NCBI GenBank assembly: GCA_035936075.1
Contig: DASYWM010000236.1
Location: forward strand, 1 to 42,797
Source: Thermomicrobiales bacterium
GTDB lineage: Bacteria > Chloroflexota > Chloroflexia > Thermomicrobiales > UBA6265
DNA length: 42,797 bases
Reading direction: 5' to 3'
Below, piece by piece: positions 1-8,487 of this stretch. Numbering within the stretch: the first letter of the stretch is position 1; each line of letters starts with the position of its first letter. The notes below the pieces were generated by a model, which had not been told where the DNA came from, did no database searches, and saw only the letters and a program-made list of their open reading frames with translations. The position numbers and the translations under genes are program-made.

Positions 1-77
1 TCCTAAGCGTGTTCCGACGCCCGGGACGACGAAGCGCGGCGGCGACCAGGGCAGACAAGCCAGCAAACGTGTCGACA

Positions 78-986
78 TCACTGCCCGCCACAGCCTCTGC
101 TGCTGGCAGGGTGAACCCGCCAATGAAGACCCCGAGGCGTCGAAAGAGCACCTGCTGCTCCTGGCAGGAGGTCGTGACTCCAACTGATGGCGTCCCGCAT
201 GGCGTGAAGTCGTGGCGGTGCGTCGCGTGGACCACCGGTCAGCAGATCGAGGCGGTGCTCAAGCCGGGCGAGGAGTGCCCGGGGTGGCAGCATGGGGACT
301 CTTGACGCGGCCAACTCGATAGCCAGCGGCAATCCATCCAGCTGGGCACAAATGGCATCGATGACATCAGCCACCTCGTCGGTGGCCGTGAAACCTGGCA
401 CCAGCGCCCGTACTCGCTCAATGAAAAGCGCTCTCGCCTCTTCGCCGGGTAATGGGGCAAGGGGCAGCAGGTGCTCCCCCGATACGTTCAGGTTCGTTCT
501 GCAGGTGCACAAGATGGTAAGCCGAGGGCACGCTGCAAGCAGTTCGGCCACAGCCGGCACTGCATCAAGAAGGTGCTCGACAACGTCGAGCACGAGCAGA
601 AGTTGCTGGTTCGACAGGAGTGCTCGCGGTCGCGATAGCAACGGCGTGTCGGGGGTGTCCGGGACGTTGAGGTAATGTGCCACGGTGGGCAGCAGCATGA
701 CCGGGTCACGGACAGCGGCGAGGGGTATGAAGACCACGCGGTCGAAGGTGTCGTGGCTATCTTCGGCGGCACGCAGCGCGAGGCGCGTCTTGCCGACCCC
801 GCCGGTGCCGGTCACCGTGACGAGGCGAACATCGGGTCGGCGTAAGAGATCCACCACGGCGGTGAGCTCCCGGTCCCGGCCGACAAACGCGGTCAACAGC
901 TTCGGAACCGCACCGATGTCGGGCCGCTCGTTGAGAACGAGCGGGGCGGAATTCGTGGAGGGACTGGAGGGCGAGTTGTTTGACAT
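78..986 (-). CDS. STAND-type P-loop NTPase (NB-ARC/AAA-like) module of a LuxR/TPR/SARP-type regulator. N-terminal part only: the frame breaks near 161-167 and the gene continues in another frame past position 1.
   Basis: The ORF-track protein has Walker A GTGGVGKTRLAL, a Walker-B-like LLLVLDVVEH and the GLPLAIELAA motif typical of this family. After WSHDLL the called frame becomes nonsense. The adjacent frame reads QEQQVLFRRLGVFIGGFTLPAAEAV..., the canonical continuation, open to the window edge. Confidence 0.7.
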   Translation of the reverse strand: MSNNSPSSPSTNSAPLVLNERPDIGAVPKLLTAFVGRDRELTAVVDLLRRPDVRLVTVTGTGGVGKTRLALRAAEDSHDTFDRVVFIPLAAVRDPVMLLPTVAHYLNVPDTPDTPLLSRPRALLSNQQLLLVLDVVEHLLDAVPAVAELLAACPRLTILCTCRTNLNVSGEHLLPLAPLPGEEARALFIERVRALVPGFTATDEVADVIDAICAQLDGLPLAIELAASRVPMLPPRALLARLEHRLDLLTGGPRDAPPRLHAMRDAISWSHDLLPGAAGALSTPRGLHWRVHPASSRGCGGQ

Positions 987-1241
987 CGTCCGCTCCCCTG
1001 ATATCGATGTAACGAGATCGCTTCATCGCTATCATACGCTTCGATATTGCGGAGGGCAATCGCCTCAACGTCTGTCGCCGCCACTGTGGTAGCACCATCA
1101 CCGGCGCATTCAATGCGGCCGCTCACTGTTGTTGACCGCGTATATAAGCCTGCTCGCTTCTCAATACCCCTCGGGATTGGGGCGAGGTGAGGGGCTTCAG
1201 GCAACTGAGCGACGAAGGGGATGGTCACGCAGCCCTTGGCG

Positions 1242-2360
1242 TCAGGGACGTCGTCTCTGCCGCAGCGGGCGTGCCCGGAGGGCGCGCTGCCGTGCGCCAA
1301 CGCTGTGCAGACCGGTGGTAAACTCGCCACGACGCAGATGGCCGAACACCGCCCGGTTCCCATGCCAGCCGTTGACCGAGAGAAGGGCGACGATGGACAC
1401 GGCAGTATTGACCAGGGCGGTGATGGCGATCTCGGAGAGGGAATAGGCGGTGATGACTTCGGGAGCCGCGTAGGCACTGAGAGCGACAATATCTATGGCC
1501 TGGGTCGTGCCCAGGCCCCCGGGGGTGAAGCGGACTGTCCCGGCAAGAGCGTTCGAACCAAGCGCAAGCGCGACCGTCCAGATGGTGACAGGGATCCCGA
1601 ACGCGGAGAGCATCACGACATAGGCGCCGCAACGGAACAGATATGAGGCCAGCGACGGGAGGAACATTAGCCGGACATACCGTGCCGGACTTCCGAGGAT
1701 CGCCAGCCCCTCCCGAACCTGCTGTCGCACCTGATCCAGCTTTCGGCGTCCATAGATGACTGCCACAATCAGGAGGATCACGATGAAGCCCGCAACAACC
1801 CCTGTCAACACAGGCTGTGCCGACGCAAAGCTCGATACCCGTTCGATCGGGCCTTGGCGCTCCTGGGGTTGCTGGGGAAGCCCGACAGCAACCAGGGTGT
1901 AGCTCACGGACGCGAACAGGATAAAGGCGAGATTCTGCACGCCCCAGATGGTAAGGAGTTTCGGGGCACGTGCACCGGGAATTGCCAGGCCGATGATTCC
2001 CAACATTGCCCATGTCCCGGCCCGGCTCGGCACTACGGCGTTGACGATGTCCTGGCCCTGGTCAATCCCGACCACGAAGCGGTAGGACAGATTGGCGTGG
2101 GGCCATGTCCAGTTGAGTGCGTTCCGCCAGCTCAGCGATGACAAGGCAGCCTGCATCACTTTGAAGGTGACGATCAACACCAGATACGCGGGTGGGATCG
2201 AGAGCATCTCGCGCCAGGTGGCAACCGCCAATGCACGTAGGTCCGCATGCAAGACGATGAGCAAGATGACAGCAAGGAGCAACAGGAGGGCGAGCCACCT
2301 CACCCAGCGTCGCCGGCCGGTGGACTCGGTTGAAAGGGTTGCAGTGTTAGCGGTCATCAT
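1242..2360 (-). CDS. Polytopic membrane protein of the UPF0104 / lysylphosphatidylglycerol-synthase TM-region (flippase-like) family
   Basis: 372 aa with many hydrophobic segments. The RFTPGGLGTTQA motif and overall architecture resemble LPG_synthase_TM family proteins. Its start overlaps the upstream gene by 14 nt. Confidence 0.7.
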   Translation of the reverse strand: MMTANTATLSTESTGRRRWVRWLALLLLLAVILLIVLHADLRALAVATWREMLSIPPAYLVLIVTFKVMQAALSSLSWRNALNWTWPHANLSYRFVVGIDQGQDIVNAVVPSRAGTWAMLGIIGLAIPGARAPKLLTIWGVQNLAFILFASVSYTLVAVGLPQQPQERQGPIERVSSFASAQPVLTGVVAGFIVILLIVAVIYGRRKLDQVRQQVREGLAILGSPARYVRLMFLPSLASYLFRCGAYVVMLSAFGIPVTIWTVALALGSNALAGTVRFTPGGLGTTQAIDIVALSAYAAPEVITAYSLSEIAITALVNTAVSIVALLSVNGWHGNRAVFGHLRRGEFTTGLHSVGARQRALRARPLRQRRRP

Positions 2361-2763
2361 GCAGGCCGACGTTGGCCCACTCCTCGTTCATGTTATTGGT
2401 CGGGTCACCGGGCGGCGGTGTGGGTGTCTGTGATCCCTCGTCGACGCAGGGGGAGTGCATTCGGTGAGTCTTACACCATTCGGACCGCCTTCTTGCGGTC
2501 AGCTGATGACGCAATTCCCATGCACACCCGGGGCACGACTCGGCACTCCGAAGGAGCATGAGCAACTGAGCCTTGAGGATGTCGCCAAACTGGCAGTCGC
2601 ATGCGGGGAATCTGGCGATCGCAGGGAGGCGCTGGCGTCCAGTGTCCGCGGCACCAAAGCGCAGATATCCCTGGTCCGTCCACGGTTTCTTTTGGCAAGG
2701 AACGTCGACTGCCTTCCACGACGCGTATCTCCCGAGGAGATGAACCGGCCCTCCTGGGCTCAT
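2347..2763 (-). CDS. Hypothetical Cys-rich protein (138 aa), possibly metal-binding
   Basis: Its ATG overlaps the stop of the upstream gene (ATGA at 2760-2763) and its 3' end overlaps the downstream membrane-protein gene. Third-position G/C bias by eye is consistent with coding. It has 8 Cys, including CPGC and CDC. I recognise no family. Confidence 0.5.
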   Translation of the reverse strand: MSPGGPVHLLGRYASWKAVDVPCQKKPWTDQGYLRFGAADTGRQRLPAIARFPACDCQFGDILKAQLLMLLRSAESCPGCAWELRHQLTARRRSEWCKTHRMHSPCVDEGSQTPTPPPGDPTNNMNEEWANVGLHDDR

Positions 2764-3317
2764 GTGGAGGTATCAGCCTGCAGGCGTTCTGCGCTCCCCG
2801 TGTACTGGTCAAGAGTGGAGACGACCTTCCCGTTGGCATCGTGCGCGGTGATGCTCCCGGTGGCCGTCAAGGCATTGCCCGCCCTGTCCACCTCAATCAT
2901 CACCCGCATGGTAACCAGGTCAACAACGCGGTCCGACCTGAACGCGGGTGCCTCCGGAACAGCGTCCGACGCGAAGACTCCCCACGCGCGTGCGACCTGC
3001 TGGAAGGTCACCACGACGTCGGCGGTCTGCTCCCCGGTGGCCCGCCAGAGGCCAATCCCAACCCCGAGGAGCGGATCGTACTCAACATAGGCGCCATCGT
3101 CGGCGATGACAGCGGACGAGGGGTGAACGGGGTTGCTCGCCCACTGCCATGTTCCAACCACTGGGTGGCCGTGCCATGGAGCGCGTTCGGCGACGGGAGA
3201 TGCCTCCTGGGCAGCATGAGATGGCGTCGCTACCCCGGTCAGGAGAATCGCTCCCGTGGCGAGACCGGTTACGGCGCTGCGACGCGACAACGGCGTGGTA
3301 GATCGGTGGATCGTCAT
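2760..3317 (-). CDS. Tat-exported hypothetical protein (beta-rich, lipocalin-like impression only)
   Basis: The internal Met at 3317 gives MTIHRSTTPLSRRSAVTGLATGAILLTGVATPSHA, a twin-arginine signal (SRRSAV, hydrophobic core, AxA-like site). The ORF-track start at 3425 would add 36 non-signal residues. Confidence 0.65.
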   Translation of the reverse strand: MTIHRSTTPLSRRSAVTGLATGAILLTGVATPSHAAQEASPVAERAPWHGHPVVGTWQWASNPVHPSSAVIADDGAYVEYDPLLGVGIGLWRATGEQTADVVVTFQQVARAWGVFASDAVPEAPAFRSDRVVDLVTMRVMIEVDRAGNALTATGSITAHDANGKVVSTLDQYTGSAERLQADTST

Positions 3318-3477
3318 GGCTGACACCGTGGAAACGCGATGCACGATAGGGCCGGGTGGATTCCTGGATAATGGTGTCACGATAGCACGCAACGATGCCT
3401 CTGTCACGTCCATCCGTGGCCGCACCGTGGACCAGCCCTACAGCGCACGTTTCGCCTTGGACGCCGATCGCGTCGCG

Positions 3478-3625
3478 CTGCTCTTCACGCGCTATCGGGC
3501 GTTGACGAGGAGGAATGGTGGTCCCGGGCATGCCATCGTAGGGAACGTACCTGGCCGCGCATACCCTGATCGCAGACACATCCTGGTCGGCGCGGCCAAT
3601 GTCGACCCGCATCTGTAAACTCGTT
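3478..3625 (+). repeat. Copy 1 of a two-copy non-coding element. The 29-bp core (3561-3589) lies between inverted repeats TGGCCGCGC/GCGCGGCCA.
   Basis: Hand alignment with 8488-8668: left flank 24/28 identical, right flank 20/24. The core matches the reverse complement of the copy 2 core at 26/29 positions. Confidence 0.75.
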
Positions 3626-3952
3626 CCCACAAGGGAAGCATCGTGCCGGTGATCCATCGCTTCGCTCCGGATGAGGATCGGTGGTAGAGGTGAGCTCGGA
3701 GGGCCACCAGCTACCTTCATCATGACCGAAGGGAAGGAGCCCCCGGCGAAGCTGCTGCCTGCAGGGCAGATTGTGCGGCCGAGCACCTCCTGAAAGGAAT
3801 GGCGTCGGTTTTTCGGCAACATATATCGAGAACAGCTGGTCTCACACCGTCGTCTGGCCAGTAGCATGCCTTGGGCCAAGTGATACGCGTGTGCCGGCAA
3901 GATCGCTCGATACACTCTCTTCGCTCAGATCTGTCTCGAACGGAGAAGAATC

Positions 3953-4735
3953 ATGACCCAGGAAAATCACCTCCAGCAGCACATTGAGACCATCGCCAGC
4001 TGGATGATCGAGGCCAGGCACATTGTCGCCTTCACGGGCGCTGGTATCAGCACCGACTCCGGCATCCCCGACTATCGCGGTCCCGGCGGGGTGTGGACGA
4101 GACGCGATGCCGGCTTGCCTCCACCCCAGTGGCGGGTCGCGCCGAATCAGGTGCAGCCGAACGCGTCCCACCTGGCCTTCGTCGATCTTCAGCGACTTGG
4201 CAAGCTCCAGTTCCTTATCACGCAGAACACCGATAACCTTCATCGCCAGTCTGGCATCCGCCCTGCGCTCCTGGCGGAGCTGCACGGCAACGGACAGCTC
4301 ATGCGGTGCCTGGACTGCGACCGGCTGCACCCTCGGCAGGACGTAGGGTGGGATACGCGCCGGTGGGGGCCGGGCTACCGTACCCAGAACCCAGTGACGG
4401 GGCAGCCGGCCTGCCCCGTCTGCGGTGGCCGGCTTATCTCGTCGGTCGTGAACTTTGGTGATCCCCTGCCGCGGCACGAGTTGACCCTCGCCGACCACCA
4501 TGCCCGCTCTTGCGATCTTCTGCTCGTCCTCGGCTCCTCGCTCGTCGTCGAGCCAGCAGCTTCCCTGGTTGGGCGGGCGATCAGGTCCCGAGCCCGCGTG
4601 GTCCTCGTGAATCGAGGTGAAACCCCCTATGATGAGGCCGTGAAGCTGCGCCTGTGGAGCGGCATCAGTGAGGTGGTCCCACCGGCGGTGGAGCGGGTGA
4701 AGGGCACGCTCGGGGAGCAGCCTGAGAGATCGTGA
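3953..4735 (+). CDS. Sir2-family NAD-dependent protein deacylase (sirtuin)
   Basis: Motifs GAGISTDSGIPDYRG, QNTDNLH and catalytic ELHG, plus the Zn-ribbon pairs CLDC...CPVC. GGAGAA sits upstream of the ATG. Confidence 0.9.
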   Translation: MTQENHLQQHIETIASWMIEARHIVAFTGAGISTDSGIPDYRGPGGVWTRRDAGLPPPQWRVAPNQVQPNASHLAFVDLQRLGKLQFLITQNTDNLHRQSGIRPALLAELHGNGQLMRCLDCDRLHPRQDVGWDTRRWGPGYRTQNPVTGQPACPVCGGRLISSVVNFGDPLPRHELTLADHHARSCDLLLVLGSSLVVEPAASLVGRAIRSRARVVLVNRGETPYDEAVKLRLWSGISEVVPPAVERVKGTLGEQPERS

Positions 4736-4918
4736 GTGGACGATGTCGCTGGTCCAATGCCGTCAACATAAGGGGCTGGCCCATAGAGCGAGGGCGACCG
4801 GCCAGATAAGGACGACTGGCATCCGCTTCCCGGGACACCCGGATTGGGGTAAACATACGCAAGAGCACGCTCTCCTGGTCCTCCGCGTTTCAATCTCATG
4901 AATGTGGGAAGGTGCACC

Positions 4919-5944
4919 ATGCCAGGCACAACTCGACCGCTCCTTGCGATTACGATGGGCGACCCGGCTGGAATCGGGCCGGAGGTGGTCCTCAAGGCGC
5001 TTGCCCATCCCGAAGTGTTTGCGCGGGCGCGGCCGCTGGTCGTTGGCGACCGTTCCACGCTCGAAAGGGCAGCCCACTGGGTCGAGGCAACGGACCTCCG
5101 GTATGACGTGGTCACCAGGGTTGAGGACGGCCAGTACGGACCAGGGGTCGTCACACTGATGGATCTGCAAACATCACCTTCTGGCGGATATGCAGTCGGT
5201 CAGGTAAGCGCAGATGCCGGTCGAGCCGCGGTGGACTTTGTCTTCCGGGCATGTGATTTGGCAATGGAGGGCAAGGTTGATGCGGTTGTGACCGCGCCCT
5301 TGAATAAGGCCGCCATGCACGCGGCGGGCTTCACCTATCCGGGCCACACGGAGCTTCTCGCGGAGCGAACCGGGGCGGAACGGGTCAGTATGCTCCTCGT
5401 TGGACCGTCGCTCCGTGTCGTTCATGTGAGTACGCATGTGGCGTTGACCGAGGCAATCAGGCGCGTCACCCGGCAGCGCGTCGAAGATGTCATCGACATC
5501 GCCCGGGATTCCTGCCGGGCGCTCGGTATCGAGCACCCTCGCATCGCCGTGGCAGGCCTCAACCCTCACGCAAGTGAGGGCGGCCTTTTTGGCGACGAGG
5601 AATCGCGTGAAGTCATACCCGCCATCGAGGCAGCACGGGCGCGAGGTTTGAATGTCAGTGACCCTCAACCTCCGGACACGGTCTTCCTGCGCGCAACCAA
5701 AGGGGAGTGGGACATCGTCGTCGCGATGTATCACGACCAGGGACATATTCCCATGAAACTGCTGGCATTCGATTCGGGTGTGAACGTCAGCATCGGGTTG
5801 CCGATCCTGCGCACGTCAGTAGATCACGGCACAGCGTTCGACATCGCCGGCCTCGGGCAGGCCAGCGAGAACAGCATGTTGGCGGCGATCGATGTCGCGG
5901 TCCAAATGGCCGGTTCGCGGTCAGCGTCTGGTCTTGCCACGTGA
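4919..5944 (+). CDS. pdxA: PdxA-family NAD-dependent 4-hydroxy-acid-phosphate dehydrogenase. Probably PdxA2-type, given the adjacent DUF1537 kinase.
   Basis: LAITMGDPAGIGPEV N-terminus, and the HTE and YHDQGH motifs typical of PdxA. The ATG at 4919 has GGAAGG 7 nt upstream. The ORF-track ATG at 4898 has no SD. Confidence 0.85.
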   Translation: MPGTTRPLLAITMGDPAGIGPEVVLKALAHPEVFARARPLVVGDRSTLERAAHWVEATDLRYDVVTRVEDGQYGPGVVTLMDLQTSPSGGYAVGQVSADAGRAAVDFVFRACDLAMEGKVDAVVTAPLNKAAMHAAGFTYPGHTELLAERTGAERVSMLLVGPSLRVVHVSTHVALTEAIRRVTRQRVEDVIDIARDSCRALGIEHPRIAVAGLNPHASEGGLFGDEESREVIPAIEAARARGLNVSDPQPPDTVFLRATKGEWDIVVAMYHDQGHIPMKLLAFDSGVNVSIGLPILRTSVDHGTAFDIAGLGQASENSMLAAIDVAVQMAGSRSASGLAT

Positions 5945-5965
5945 CCAAGCGACAACGAGGCTAGC

Positions 5966-7189
5966 ATGACACAGCTGGCGGTGCTTGCTGACGATCTTAC
6001 CGGCGGCGCTGACGCGGGCGCAGCCTTTGCCAGTGTGGGGCTGGCGACGTCGATTGCCTTCGCGAGCGACGCTGATGACTGCGACGTTCTCGTCGTCTGC
6101 ACGAACAGTCGTGGGATTGATAGGACCACGGCGGCGGACCTGAACCGACGTGCGGCAAGCGCATTTATCACCCGGCCGGTGTCGCGCCGCCCGCGATGGG
6201 TGTACAAGAAGTTGGACTCCGCGCTCCGTGGGCATCCTCGCGACGAGTTACTGGCCGTGATGGACGGTCTGGGCGAGTCCAGGGCGCTTGTCGCACCTGC
6301 CCTCCCGGCTGAGGCACGCACCACGGTGGATGGCAGGCAGTTCCTGGACGGAAGTCGGCTCGAGGCAACCTCCCTCGGTTCAGCCCGGAATTCTTCCGAC
6401 CTGGCCTCCCTCTTCGGGAGCGGAGGCGATGTGCCGGTGCACGCTCTGGATCTCAAGACGATCCGCGGCGGGCAAGGGGAAATCGAGCGCGTCCTGGGGC
6501 AGATGGGGCCGGGGTTGGTGATTGCTGATGCCGAGACGGACGCCGACCTAATGCTGATTGCCCGGGCCTCCCTGGGCAGCGATCTTCGTCTGCTGGCCGG
6601 TTCGGCCGGTCTTGCAGGGCAACTCGCGCGGGTACTGGCGCCGGCTCCTGTCTCGCACAACGAGATAACGCATCGTCCTGCGAATCCGATCCTGGTCGTC
6701 GCCGGAAGCCTGCATCAGGCCACCGCCGCGCAGGTCGAGATCCTGCAGGGAGCCGGCCTGCCGATCGTGCGTCCGGTGGACGTCCTGCTCGATGAATCAG
6801 TGCGAGCGATAGAACGGACGGTGGATGAGGTGGCGATGCACCTCTTAGCTGGTCGATCTGTGGTCGTGGCAACGGCAGGGCTTCCGTCTTCGCAGCCCGG
6901 CTCAACATCTGTTGTCTCGCGCCTGGCGGATATTGTCGCCGCACCAACGGTTTGCCGTACCATAGGTGGACTTGTATTGACGGGAGGCGAGACGGCCGCC
7001 GGCATACTTGCCCGACTTGAAGCAATCGAGCTGCGCCTCATGGGAGAGATCCGTCCTGCCATGCCGTGGGGGATACTGCGCTCGTCCCACATACGGGCGG
7101 TACCCATCGCGACCAAGGCGGGGAGTTTCGGCGACGACGACGCCCTGCTCGCATGCGTTGAACACCTGACCGGGACGAGACTCCGGTAG
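5966..7189 (+). CDS. Four-carbon acid-sugar kinase family protein (DUF1537)
   Basis: The N-terminal LAVLADDLTGGADAG motif, a length of about 400 aa and adjacency to a PdxA homologue are characteristic of the DUF1537 kinase family. Confidence 0.8.
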   Translation: MTQLAVLADDLTGGADAGAAFASVGLATSIAFASDADDCDVLVVCTNSRGIDRTTAADLNRRAASAFITRPVSRRPRWVYKKLDSALRGHPRDELLAVMDGLGESRALVAPALPAEARTTVDGRQFLDGSRLEATSLGSARNSSDLASLFGSGGDVPVHALDLKTIRGGQGEIERVLGQMGPGLVIADAETDADLMLIARASLGSDLRLLAGSAGLAGQLARVLAPAPVSHNEITHRPANPILVVAGSLHQATAAQVEILQGAGLPIVRPVDVLLDESVRAIERTVDEVAMHLLAGRSVVVATAGLPSSQPGSTSVVSRLADIVAAPTVCRTIGGLVLTGGETAAGILARLEAIELRLMGEIRPAMPWGILRSSHIRAVPIATKAGSFGDDDALLACVEHLTGTRLR

Positions 7190-7744
7190 ACTGGTCTGCC
7201 GATAAAGGGATCAGCCGGGGAGAAGCGGTCTCGCCCGGGACGGGGAGCGTTCGATGCCTCGCCAGTGGCAGCATCCCCCCACCTGGCATCTACCTGCTCT
7301 CCTCACGTCAGATCATCCCGGGCATCCTCCTCGCGGGTGTCAAAGGTGGTCGGCCTCAACCGAATCCCATGCTGTGCTGACAGTGTCTCTCGTGAGAGCC
7401 TCGGAGTCTCTGCCCCCACGCACGACGATGAGGTCCATGGCCTCTCGGTAGTTTTGGGGCAGGTCTAAGTGACCGCCTATACGGTTGATGGTCAAGGTGG
7501 ATCATCGATGACGGGACTCGGGTACTTTTGGTAGGGGCGAAGACCTTCAATCGACGGTCCGGCAAGCCATAACACCCTCTGGTATACGGGAAGATTTTGG
7601 CAACCTGGTTGACCGATCTGGTCACCGCCCGGCTCAAACGGTTGAACGCGTCCGACATAGGTCCGTCACAGAGTGGGGGAGTCCCGGGGAAGCGGATCAG
7701 CATGTATGGGTTAGTGGAACGACGTAGAAGCGGAGGCGAATGGC

Positions 7745-7954
7745 ATGCAAGCAGTCGGTATCGTCATCCTGCTGACCGTGTTCGCCCTTGCGGTGATCCC
7801 GCTGACCATCGCGTACTACCTGTGGCTGGCAAGAACCGTCCTCCCGAGGGTAGCGGCTGCCCTGCCACCACGGAGCGCACGTATGGTCCTCGCGATGTGC
7901 ATCGCATTGCCCTGGTTCGTAGTCGCCCTCGCCGTCTGGTGGTTCCGGGGATGA
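7745..7954 (+). CDS. Small membrane protein (69 aa, two predicted TM helices)
   Basis: GGAGG lies 8 nt upstream of the ATG. Two long hydrophobic stretches are separated by a basic loop. I recognise no family. Confidence 0.5.
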   Translation: MQAVGIVILLTVFALAVIPLTIAYYLWLARTVLPRVAAALPPRSARMVLAMCIALPWFVVALAVWWFRG

Positions 7955-8119
7955 CTCTCGGCGGTGGTATGTGGGCTTGGCCTGGCCGTCCATGACCATG
8001 CTCTACCCAGTGTCATCCTTCACTAATTGACCAAAAGTGTAGCGTCGGTATGTTGGCACCTATATTGCCGGAAAGACATCAGACCGTGGCACATCGCTCT
8101 TCGCGGGGAGACTCCTGGC

Positions 8120-8449
8120 ATGCTTTTCTATTGCGAGTTCACCTGGTTTCCTGGCACCACCCGCATGCAGGCGGCACGACGCGTCGTCCAGCAGCATGAT
8201 GCCGGGGCCAACCATCCCGAACGGATCAGGGGCTGGTACAACCTGGCAGGTGGCGGTGCTGGTTTCCTCATCGTCGAGTATGACAATATCAAGGAGTTGA
8301 CCGCCTTCCTCCAGCCCTACATGGACCTGATGAGCTTCGATGTGCGAGCCATCGGCGAACTCAACTATGAGGAGCGGATTGAGCAGTTGCGAGGCTTGGG
8401 CGGGCAGCCGGACACGGAAGAACCACCCGCGAGGATGGATTACGCCTAG
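8120..8449 (+). CDS. DUF3303-family protein
   Basis: From the Met at 8120: MLFYCEFTWFPG...GWYNLAGGGAGFLIVEYDNIKELTAFLQPYMDLMSFDVRAI resembles the small alpha+beta DUF3303 family. GGGGAG sits upstream. The ORF-track TTG start at 8027 is less likely. Confidence 0.6.
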   Translation: MLFYCEFTWFPGTTRMQAARRVVQQHDAGANHPERIRGWYNLAGGGAGFLIVEYDNIKELTAFLQPYMDLMSFDVRAIGELNYEERIEQLRGLGGQPDTEEPPARMDYA

Positions 8450-8487
8450 CGGACCACTGAAGCTATTTTTATTCCCTGGCCCGCGTC

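Noticed and set aside
3515-3541. A conserved 8-codon mini-ORF inside both copies of the two-copy element: MVVPGMPS* at 3515-3541 and MPVAGMPL* at 8528-8554, each just after GGAGGA.
   Set aside because: The SD-to-ATG spacing is only 1-4 nt. The peptide similarity simply follows from ~85% nucleotide identity. With two copies there is no way to separate coding from nucleotide conservation. Recorded but not called.
3256-3618. 120-aa plus-strand ORF, whose internal ATG at 3316 overlaps the opposite gene's start codon, as a real divergent gene.
   Set aside because: Its 5' part is antisense to the Tat-protein gene. Its 3' part is the repeat element. The similarity to the copy 2 translation (LFTRYRALTRR vs LIKRYQALTEE) is explained by DNA repeat identity. 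I recognise no family.
3953-4735. SIR2-domain protein as a possible anti-phage defence effector (Thoeris, DSR or SIR2-HerA type).
   Set aside because: It is a compact 260-aa sirtuin with the full deacylase motif set and a Cys4 zinc ribbon. It has no fused sensor domain and no partner gene (TIR, HerA, pAgo). The neighbours are metabolic genes, so a housekeeping protein deacylase is far more likely.
7300-7600. Possible decayed gene on the minus strand in the 555-bp gap after the DUF1537 kinase. One frame reads TLTINRIGGHLDLPQNYREAMDLIVVRGGRDSEALTRDTVSTAWDSVEADHL. An upstream segment in another frame reads ...LWLAGPSIEGLRPYQKYPSPVIDDPP.
   Set aside because: It reads protein-like, but it has only a TTG start, no SD and no recognisable family, and would need a frameshift to extend. 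I cannot support it without BLASTX.
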